Positions 54,493-64,000 of a DNA stretch of 64,000 nt are shown one piece after another. Both the position numbers and the translations under genes were made by a program. This DNA is from Paraspadella gotoi (lineage: Eukaryota; Animalia; Chaetognatha). The stretch lies in the NCBI GenBank assembly GCA_051294375.1, contig CM119269.1, positions 12,316,896 to 12,380,895 on the forward strand. Reading direction: 5' to 3'. The notes beneath the pieces are model-generated. The model was not told the origin of the DNA. It ran no database searches and was given only the letters and a program-made list of their open reading frames with translations. Numbering within the stretch: the stretch's first letter is position 1; every line of letters begins with the position of its first letter.

Positions 54493-55412
54493 CGTTCCCG
54501 ACGATCGTGTTGCCGTTTAAACTCGATACTTTTTAATCAGCGTCGACAGAATTTTTGTTGTGAAGAAAGAGAGAAAAACGAAATGTGTTGCGCCACAGTA
54601 ACTTTATATTCCTGTGCATTTCTCTTTGATCACATAAGACAAAACATGACATCACATGACAAGACTAACAAACTTTCTTTGCCCGTCTATTTATGACATG
54701 CACTGCATCAAAATTTCGTCTTTTATTCCTTATAGTTTTAGCATTTCCTGAAGGCGGCGCGAGCAATCCCATAGATTTGAGGGTTTTTTATGTCTTAACA
54801 AATGAGCAACCAACCATAGGCAAATTATGTGAATTATTATAGTAACTGGGACAGATAGATGAACAGACATACCGACCAACCGACAGACCGACTGAAAAGT
54901 GACTTAAAAATATGCGATTTGACGTCATCCTCGTTTTCGTCGTCGTTATCGTCGTCGTTATCGTCGTCGTTTTCGTCGTCGTTATCGTCGTCGTTATCGT
55001 CGTCGTCGCCGCTCCAGTCCAATATAAGAGTCATTTGTTATCTTCTTATTTCAAACTTTTACCTTGAAGCAAAAGTGATAACCACAACGCCTAAAGCCTT
55101 AAACAAATAGTTCTTTCCATTTGACGAAAACGCTTTTAAAAAACTTTGATTTTATTTTTTCTCACTCAACAAGTTGTGATATAAATCCTTGTAGTAGTAA
55201 AATTACTATGATTTTTCGCTATGATTTCGTTATTTCCCTATTTTCATTACTCTTTCAATTCCAGTTATATATATTTAAACGATTATAAACGCAATCCATG
55301 AGGAGTTGGAATACATAAAATCTTTACATTTACTGGATTAAAATAATTCGAGTTCCGACGACGACACCATTTCTTCGAAAAGCTCTCACATTTCTAAGAA
55401 AAGCTCTCGTAA

Positions 55413-55636
55413 TTGACAACGACAACAACTTCAACGCGGCTGAGAATAATAACAGCAACAAGAGCGATCGCCTTCGCCACGACGACGCCTCCGCTCCACC
55501 GCCGCGCCCGCTTCCGCCCTCTTGTCCGCCTCTGGAGTCTCTGGGCGGCGGCGGCGTTTTTGGCGTCCTTGGCGGCGACAACGACCGACGCCCCCCCGCG
55601 GAAAGACCAGCGGGGGGGCGTCGAGGAAAGGAAAAG
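55413..55636 (+). CDS. LDLa-domain gene, N-terminal coding exon with signal-peptide-like segment (start uncertain)
   Basis: ...RARFRPLVRLWSLWAAAAFLASLAATTTDAPPRKDQRGGVEERK; GC-rich; donor AG|GTAAGG is phase 2 and matches the phase-2 acceptor at 58946; no in-frame ATG (TTG after a TAA). Confidence 0.6.
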
Positions 55637-57673
55637 GTAAGGAAGGGTGAGGTGGATCAATCTCTCTCTCTCTCTCTCTCTTCCATAAGCCTTTCTCTCT
55701 TTCTCTCTATCCTTTCTTTCTGTTTTCTTTCCGTGTTTCTTCCTTCTCTCTCTCACTCTCTCACTCGCTCCCTCTCTCGCTCTCACGTGCAGTGAATTAG
55801 GGAAGAAGAATAATCGATCTTTCGAGTCACAAAAGTCGCAAAAACCTCGAGATTATGAGAATAATAATGAGCACGTGACCAAAAAGAAATTAAAGAGATG
55901 GAAAAAAAATAACATCGCAAGGATAAGAAAAAGAATAAATCAATTAGGAAATTAAAATGTTGTTAGCGTCAAGATGTTCCTCTTATTTGCTTAATTCATA
56001 TGTCTATATAAAACGTAAAGTACAATTGTTATTACTTTCTTTTCTCATTCTGATCATAACTTCTTGAATCAATCAATGAATAAGAATATTTAAACTTCAA
56101 CCCTTAAACTTATCTAAAAATTCTCGTTTATGAGTTTGAGGAACATGCATCGGCAGACATAAAAAACATCCTTTATTCATGAATTTTTTCCTTAATAAAT
56201 TCAAATAATTGAGGAAACGCGAATTCCGTTTGAACATTTTTTTCGGGCATCGACTCTGGCAGCTCTCCACCACTCGTGATGCGTGAACATTGGCAATGAT
56301 TTACAAATTGAGTGACTCTGAACTCGAGACTTCCATAAAATTATTAATAATTATACTATTGTCAGCTCACTGTTAGTCTTGCTGTTTAAACAGATGCACA
56401 ATAGACGTACATCGTTTTATTTCGCGCCCTTTGATGCGTTTCGCAATGTGTTTTCTATCCCTTCGGCTTCCAATCCTTCTTCGCATAGGTCCCGTCTCGT
56501 TTGTCCTCAGTCCGCTTCAGCCTTCCCCGTTATAATCGTCCGCTTATCCCCTTCTTCCTCTGCCTCTTTATCTTTCTCCCCTCGCACTCCTTTACTCTTA
56601 CTCTCGTCTTATCTTCCGTTCATCGCTTTCTTACTCTCGTCCTCTATTCTCCTTCCGATTCCTTTTCCTCCATCTCTCTTTTATCATTGCCACGTCCCTC
56701 GTCATACTCCGCGTATGTAAACTTCTTACTACTCGTATATCCTTACTCTCTTTTATTCTTATCCTTTCTTCGCACTTCTCTTCTCATCCGTCTACTCTAC
56801 TCTATCTTCCTTTCACGTCCTTCTACATCCTCCACTCACTTGTATCCTTGCTTATCCCTTTCTTTATCTTCCTCTCTCTTATCTCTCTTATCTTCTTCAT
56901 CCCTTCACCTCTCTCTTTTATCTTCCTTCAATCCCTTTCTTCCTCTCTCTTATCTTCCTTCATCCCTTTCTTATATCTCTTTATTCTTCCTTCATCCCTC
57001 TTTCTCCTTTCTCTTATCTTTCCTTCATCCTTCTTTCTCTCTCTTTACTCTTCATCCCTTCTTCTTCTCTTTATCTTTTCTTCCTTCTCTCTCTCTTTTA
57101 CTCTCTCCTTTATCTTCCTTCATCCCTTCCTTTCTCATTCTCTTTTCTCTTCATCTCCCTATTCCTTCCCTCTCTTTCTCTTCCTTCATCCCTTCTTTCC
57201 TCTCTTTATCTTCCCCTCCCTACACAAACTCTCTCTCGTCCCCCTCTCCCTCTCCTCACTCTCTCTCTCCCTCTTTTCTCCCTCTTTTCCCTCTCTCTTT
57301 CTCTCCCTCACTCTCTCTCCCTCCCTCCTCATCCCCTTCTCCCTCCCTCTCCTCTTCTTCTCTCTCTTTCTCCTCCCTCCTCCTCCCTCCCTCCCCCCTC
57401 CCTCCCTCTTCTCCCTCTCTATCTCCCTATTTTCCGCTCGATCTCCTTTATTGCAGCGCGGATTCCTCTTTCGTCTTTTCCTCGATTCTTAGCGACAGAA
57501 TCTTTTGTGTTCTTCCCGGTTTTTTTCCTACAACAATAACAAAAATAGATAAATCAAACTATTCAGTTAAAAATATTAAACGTAATAATTCACAGTGTAT
57601 TGATTGCTGTGAATCTAACCTTTTTCCCGACGTAAAAAATAACAATTCTTCAATATTTGTCGAAAAGGACACC

Positions 57674-57726
<53 letters not shown>

Positions 57727-57749
57727 GCCTATTTTTTTCTTCACTGTTA

Positions 57750-58678
57750 CATGGTGACAATTTTACAAGCGCCGGTAGAAATACGCTGTCATTTGCAAAC
57801 CAGTGGTTATTTCATTGATTTTAAAATTAGTTAAGTAGAAACTATTAAAGTCATTTATGTGTTCAAATTTTATATTGATCAGTTAAGATATGCCTTGACA
57901 ATGAGTGGAGAAAGTTAGCTTGTAAAATTGGTTTCATTTTCCAATTTTTTTCTCTTACTTTCAGTAAGTTTCTGAAGAAATTGAAATAAAATAATATTAA
58001 TATTATTTTCTTCTGAAAGCCTTTCAAATCTAAAGAGAATGACATACTTACAACTACTGTAGTATAAAATTTAACCAGCCCAGCTTTAATTTAATTAGGA
58101 TACTCAAAAACAAGACATCTTTCCAAAAATCATAGCTCTAGAGTAAATTTAGGATTTTATTCAAATTGTGATTGGCTATCTTAAATCTCTTTTTCAGGCT
58201 CTTTCATGATAGTTATATAAGTAATAATATTTTATGTTATAATAATTTAATAGGTCATATATTTTAAAATAGATTTAAAATTTTAGATAATTAACTTTTG
58301 ACTCTCTTAATTGAACCAAGGCTGGGCAGCTTAATTTTTATGTTAGAGCTTTCGTAAGTATATCATTCTCTTCATTTTTTAAGGGCTTTCTGAGGATATT
58401 AATATTGTTAATATCTTAATAAATACTTTGTTTAAAAAAGTGATAGAAGTTGAAAAAAAAAATAAATTTCAAAACAGCGTGTTGGAAAATGAAACCGGAT
58501 TTTACAAGCCAACTTTCTCCACTCATTGTCAAGGCATATCTTAACTGATCAATATAAAATTTGAACACATAAATGACTTTAATAGTTTCTACTCAACTAA
58601 TTTTTAAAATCAATGAAATAACCACTGGTTTGCAAATGACAGCGTTTTTTTACCGGCGCTTGTAAAATTGTCACCATG
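57750..58678. mobile_element. Second copy of the TA-flanked ~930 bp MITE, opposite orientation
   Basis: TA-catggtgacaattttacaagcgccgg ... ccggcgcttgtaaaattgtcaccatg-TA; internal segment is the reverse complement of that in 53085-54017, with substitution-type divergence. Confidence 0.9.
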
Positions 58679-58754
58679 TAGATTAAAGCTTCAGATTTCT
58701 TTCGATGTCGTCTGAAATTCGATCTAGATAAAAAGAAATAAAAAGATAAAAAAA

Positions 58755-58819
<65 letters not shown>

Positions 58820-58945
58820 AAAAGGAAAGAAAGAAAGAAACAAAAAGAATAAAAGAAAGAAATAACAGATCTCAGCATAAGATAACAAAATAAAGTTTTC
58901 TCTTGGTAAGTTTTACTCCATCGCCCAATTCCCTTACCTTCCCAG

Positions 58946-59223
58946 ATTCGCCAACCCGCCCGTCGCCTCTACTTCGCATCCACCTCACCTTCGAACGCCG
59001 CCTTTTCTCAACTCGCCTCACCTCGCCGAACGCCGCTTCCGACCCCGTCGATTCTCGGCTCCGCAGGCGCCGCCCCCGCTGCCGCGGCGCCGTTACTTTC
59101 CTCGCCCCACTTGCGATCTGCGGCGGGAATTTCGCTGCGGCGACGGAAAATGCATCGAAGCGAGAAAATATTGCGATGGAACTGATGATTGTTGGGATGG
59201 AACCGACGAGTTCCGCTGCTCGG
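58946..59223 (+). CDS. LDLa-domain gene, exon encoding a Pro/Arg-rich linker and an LDL receptor class A repeat
   Basis: cttcccag acceptor; [92 protein letters not shown]; six Cys and the D-x3-D-C-x-D-G-x-D-E Ca-binding motif (59112-59219); phase-1 donor G|GTGAGT. Confidence 0.92.
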
Positions 59224-59364
59224 GTGAGTTAGAAGATGGAGAGTGAAATTTTGGGAAAGTTTGAAGTTGGAAGAGACGAAAGTGTTTGTTGAGAGAAATC
59301 GTCGGTTAAAGATGAAAAAATGAGAGAATGAATGAATGAATGAATGAATGAATGAATGAATGAA

Positions 59365-59900
59365 ATTTGAGATAGAAATGACAAATATAAAACAGAAAAA
59401 GAAATAGAAATTAGAGATAGAAATGATGAATATAAAACAGAAGAAGAGATAGAAATGACGAATATAAAACAGAAAAAGAAATATAAATTTGAGATAGAAA
59501 TGACGAATATAAAACAGAAAAAGATTAGAAATTAGAGATAGAAATGACGAATATAAACAGAAAAAGATTAGAATTTAGAATAGAAATGATGAATATAAAA
59601 CAGAAAAAGATTAGAATTTAGAAATAGAAATGACGAATATAAAACAGAAAAAGATTAGAATTTAGAGATAGAAATGACGAATATAAAACAGAAAGAGATT
59701 AGAATTTAGAGATAGAAATGACGAATATAAAACAGAAAAAGATTAGAATTTAGAGATAGAAATGACGAATATAAAACAGAAAAAGATTAGAATTTAGAGA
59801 TAGAAATGAACGAATATAAAACAGAAAAAGATTAGAATTTAGAGATTATAAATGCACGAATATAAAACAGAAAAAGATTAGAATTTAGAGACAGAAATGA
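59365..59900. repeat. 44 bp intronic minisatellite (gagatagaaatgacgaatataaaacagaaaaagattagaattta), about 12 copies, preceded by (GAAT)n
   Basis: Directly visible. Confidence 0.95.
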
Positions 59901-60465
59901 CGACATCGACTTTTTTCTCATCACATCGACTTCGATTTCCTGAGAAAATTAAATAAAAATCGATCTTATGAGGTCGACAGTCGACCTGGTGATACGAAAC
60001 CAAAAATTCGGGGAAAAAATCAATAAATTGACGAGACAAAAAGTTGAAGGAACTAAATTTTTTAGCTTCACTTTTCACCAAATTATATTAGGTTTTATGT
60101 CTAGAAAGACGGAGAGGGCGTTAGAAGTTCTCGCTCGTTAGACTCTCAGTCCAATTGTGAAAGTAGAAGCAGGAATTGGGGATATTTTATGGGTTCACGA
60201 TTTTGAGGAGAAAGGTTCGAAAGACAGTAATAACCGATGGTCGGTCGTTGAGAAATGAGTCTCGCCGAATAAATATGAGACTTTTTTTCAGCTTTTAAAA
60301 TATGCTAGACTCGTTAGCTGAAGAAATGTGCAAAGGAATTTCATGGCGCCGAATCATTTTAAGCATCAAATCTGCTATTAATTTGCTATAAAGGAAACAA
60401 CAGCAGGTTAAATTTGGGGGAAAAAAAATTGGCACCTTTTATGAAGTGGATTGAGTATTTCGTAG

Positions 60466-60611
60466 CTAATCGTCATCCCGGCTTTCGGGAATTCGTCCAA
60501 TCAGGCGTCCGGAAGTTCGAGACGACGACCAATCACAGAACGAGTTTTTTATGGTCTTCGTATCTCATCGACGGCGACAAAGGAATTATCTTCAGTCGTA
60601 ATAAATATTAA
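60466..60611 (+). CDS. LDLa-domain gene, candidate terminal exon
   Basis: tttcgtag acceptor, phase 1 compatible with 59223; ANRHPGFREFVQSGVRKFETTTNHRTSFLWSSYLIDGDKGIIFSRNKY*. Confidence 0.5.
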
Positions 60612-60644
60612 TGAAAAATGGCGACGAAGTTCTCTCCGTCTTTT

Positions 60645-60689
<45 letters not shown>

Positions 60690-61436
60690 AGGTTCGTCCA
60701 TTAGTCTACTTTCCTTTTTCCCAAGTGAGAATATCATGTTCATTGTTCAGTTGTCTCTTTGCTCGGTTTACCTATATCTTGAAAACTATCATATTAGTGA
60801 ATATTAATCTGTAGTTATTTTTCTTTTTTTACAAATATAGTAGCCCAGTCAGCTTATTTTGTACATAGTACTACCCTTATATAATGTCAAAATTTCAAAA
60901 TTTTTTTTTTTTTAATTCTGAGAACAGATTCAGATTCCTCGTGAAAATTTGATAAAAGAAAATATAAACGTTTTTTTTAAATTACAAAAAACTATATTTT
61001 TAAGCTGGAAATTGAAAATTGGCCCTTTAAATTTAATTTTTTACATTTTTGACCAAAGAATTTTGAAAAAAAGAATTATACTTTCTTATATCTTATAAGG
61101 AATCCAAATTCGATCTTAAAATTTAAAAAAATGTATTTTGAAATTGTAGCCTATTATATACTTATTAGTTATTACTATATATAAATAAAGCTCACTGGTG
61201 CCCACTAATATATAAAATTAAAAAGCAAATTTAGCAAAATATTTTTATTGGTTTTTATTTTATCATTTTCACATCACTCTTCTGGACATACTAGTACATT
61301 GTAGACATACTAGTACATTGCGGACATTATACGCTTCTAATCAGTACTAAAACTTTTCTCCAAGGTCGCTTCGTGAGAACAGTGAACCATTTCAGTCATC
61401 CACTGAACATTCTGAACACACATTCTTCGTCCTCGG

Positions 61437-61485
<49 letters not shown>

Positions 61486-61764
61486 ATTTCTTATCTTAAT
61501 GTGAACTCCAGATACACCCGAGCGTCATTTCTCTTTTAAGACCAAGCAATAGAAACAAGCATTTTTGACTGCTGAAACAATTTCTATGTTCATTTTAGCT
61601 TTCACTTGGGTAATTCTTGAAACAAATTATTAAATTTTGTTTAATTTTACTTTGTTTAGGCGGATAACAATTACAACAACATTTTATTTTATTATTCAAA
61701 ATATTAATTATTTGATTATGATCATTATTGTATAACTTTTCTCACGCCGCCCATTTTTTGCTTT

Positions 61765-61823
<59 letters not shown>

Positions 61824-62139
61824 CCACACTCGTTTTAGTCGACGATTTGTTTACTTTAACTGCGTGGAATTTTTAGTCTCTTGAGAATCGTAAAATAAGA
61901 AGAAGAAAAGATTTATATCTGTGTTGTGACTTTCTTTGTTTTAGATAAAACTCTTTTTCTTTTTTTTATTTCTCTCTTTCTTTCTTTCCTTCTTTATCTC
62001 CTTCTTTCTCTCTTTCTTTCTTTCTTTCTTTCTCTCTTTATTTTTTTCTTTTTTCTTTCTTTCTTTTATATCTGTTCGGTGACTTTCTCTCTAACTCTTT
62101 TTCTTTCTTTATTTCTTTCCTTCTTTCTTTCGGTATTTT

Positions 62140-62210
<71 letters not shown>

Positions 62211-62519
62211 GCGCTTTGCCCCTTTCCCATGGAAACCAATAAATACAAAATTCATGATATTTCTCATTGCTTTTCGTATTGTCTGTCTTCCCAGTTTCAG
62301 TTTAAATTTACATAAAAAAAATCTTTTAAAACCTTCAACTGGGTAAAGAAGTAATATTTCAAGTTGAGCATACATATTATGCATATAAACTCAGACTACA
62401 CTAATGTATAATGAGATAAAGATATTATGAGGTTAACGAAAAAGTAAAAAAAAAACATTATATTATATATTATTATATATTATATTGTACCAATTTCATC
62501 TAAGCGCAATGTTAAATGA

Positions 62520-62557
<38 letters not shown>

Positions 62558-62558
62558 G

Positions 62559-62607
<49 letters not shown>

Positions 62608-63194
62608 GGAGTTAGTCCGGCCAATAAATTTTCATTCTACAAGCTTTCGGGAAACGGGCGCGACCAGAGAATCTTAAATTCTTGTTTTTTTAGTCTCAGC
62701 ACCAAAGATACTTTAAAGTCTATCTGTCTGTCTGTCTGTCTCCTTAGAATAGTTAGCAATATTAATTTAATAATATTTTTTATTATATATTTTATTACTT
62801 AAATTTATAAACTAAGAATCATACATTAAAGCTAGTTTTTTAAAGTTTTATTAAGTTACCAGAATATAAATTAAGCTTGAAACCAAATAAATTTAGACAA
62901 CTTTATTGTAAACAATGTTCTTCTCACCATATGTAACATGAATAAATATGAAAGACTGAATAATATTTGTACAATGTACATATATTTACAACAATATACG
63001 GCAGATGGGAAGTAAAAAAAAGGTTTATTAAAAAAGATATAATGAAAATCAAAAGCATACAGACTTTTTTTAACTTAAAACTTTCACACATTGCATTAGT
63101 TATATTAATTACGAATTTAAGGTAGATGAAATACTTTTTTTATAATTCAAGAAAATATTCTTATGAAAAGAGTGAATCCGTAACAGTAAAACAA

Positions 63195-63383
63195 TCAGTG
63201 TTTTGCTGCGTATCTCGGCTCTACGAATTCTCTTCTTACGCCTGCCGGTTTCCCGTCCGGAGTGTAATACTCTTCTAAGAGTTCATAGCTTTGCGGCATT
63301 CGATACACTCCTGTATCCGGGTATACTGCAGGCTGACTTCCCGCAATCGAATAAACGCCTCCTTGGTCTTCGACAAAAACCTC
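63195..63383 (-). CDS. Terminal coding exon of a minus-strand gene, Tyr-rich C-terminus, product unknown
   Basis: ttttcattcag acceptor, phase 0; EVFVEDQGGVYSIAGSQPAVYPDTGVYRMPQSYELLEEYYTPDGKPAGVRREFVEPRYAAKH*; AT-rich downstream region with AATAAA on minus strand at 63024-63029 and 62902-62907. Confidence 0.8.
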   Translation of the reverse strand, partial: EVFVEDQGGVYSIAGSQPAVYPDTGVYRMPQSYELLEEYYTPDGKPAGVRREFVEPRYAAKH

Positions 63384-63609
63384 CTGAATGAAAATATGGT
63401 AAATATTAAATATTAAATATTAAATATTAAATATTAAATATTAAACATTAAATATTAAATATTAAATAGTAGCTTTTCATTTACAAAACCCTTAAATTAT
63501 TTTTAACAGTCTTTGTTTTCATATTACATAGTTTACAATTTAATGTTTTTTTAGTTAGGAAAAAACTAAATCGGACGCTAGCAAAACTTATTTGATCTGA
63601 CAAACTTAC

Positions 63610-63665
63610 TTGCGGAAAGTCAAAGTAACCGTAGTTCTCCGCCGGCACTAGAACAGATTTTCTTC
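63610..63665 (-). CDS. Penultimate coding exon of the same minus-strand gene
   Basis: ctctctatcag acceptor (phase 1), xRKSVLVPAENYGYFDFPQ, CAA|GTAAGT donor phase 0 joining in frame to 63383; intron contains (TAAATAT)n. Confidence 0.8.
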
Positions 63666-63675
63666 CTGATAGAGA

Positions 63676-63726
<51 letters not shown>

Positions 63727-63931
63727 GGGGGGACATAATCATGAATATCATAAAAGATTGTGTATTATACTGTAAATTATATGCTTCTTTCCTAACAAAT
63801 TAATTTGTGGTAAAATATCCGAGCATCAATTACAAAGCAAAAAAAAAGCAACAGGAAATAAAAAACAGGGTTAAAAATAAAACAATAAAAAAAAGAACAA
63901 ACAATTCTCATGGAAAGAAAAAGACTCCCAC

Positions 63932-63983
63932 TGTTTGTTCCCGATGGAGGCAGCCACTTTTTATGGGTAATTTTAAATATCGT
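63932..63983 (-). CDS. Possible further upstream exon of the minus-strand gene
   Basis: ttttcttctgaag acceptor, TIFKITHKKWLPPSGTN, weak GTGGGA donor with the required phase 1. Confidence 0.25.
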
Positions 63984-64000
63984 CTTCAGAAGAAAAGAAA

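Noticed and set aside
58903-59232. Supplied 109 aa ORF
   Set aside because: Wrong frame; the LDLa module is in a different frame of the same exon

Overview
Eukaryotic, AT-rich, microsatellite-saturated invertebrate genomic DNA from a draft assembly; no prokaryotic system, CRISPR array, rRNA or intact tRNA is visible, and almost all ORFs in the supplied track are translated (AG)n/(TC)n/(ATC)n/(GAC)n repeats. About 16 kb of the window is false duplication caused by noisy long-read gap patches (3866-13070 repeated at 13106-23200; about 31935-38092 repeated at about 38103-43931; four gaps of exactly 25 N). Real content missed by the ORF track: (1) a decayed class III viral fusion glycoprotein fragment (chuvirus G / herpes gB-like) at about 780-1150; (2) a spliced plus-strand gene for a probably secreted ~215 aa protein with one LDL-receptor class A module (55413-60611); (3) the last exons of a convergent minus-strand gene with a Tyr-rich C-terminus (63195-63665). 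Mobile DNA includes nested Helentron-associated (HINE/DINE-1-like) elements, two oppositely oriented TA-flanked ~930 bp MITEs bracketing an exon, TTAA-anchored termini forming a palindrome, tRNA-derived SINE heads, a LINE endonuclease remnant and Penelope-type hammerhead remnants. Other oddities are a tandem array of Pol III B-boxes and a pair of RFX X-boxes. All homology calls are by eye from remembered family motifs, not database searches. I did not find firm evidence of a new multi-gene system.
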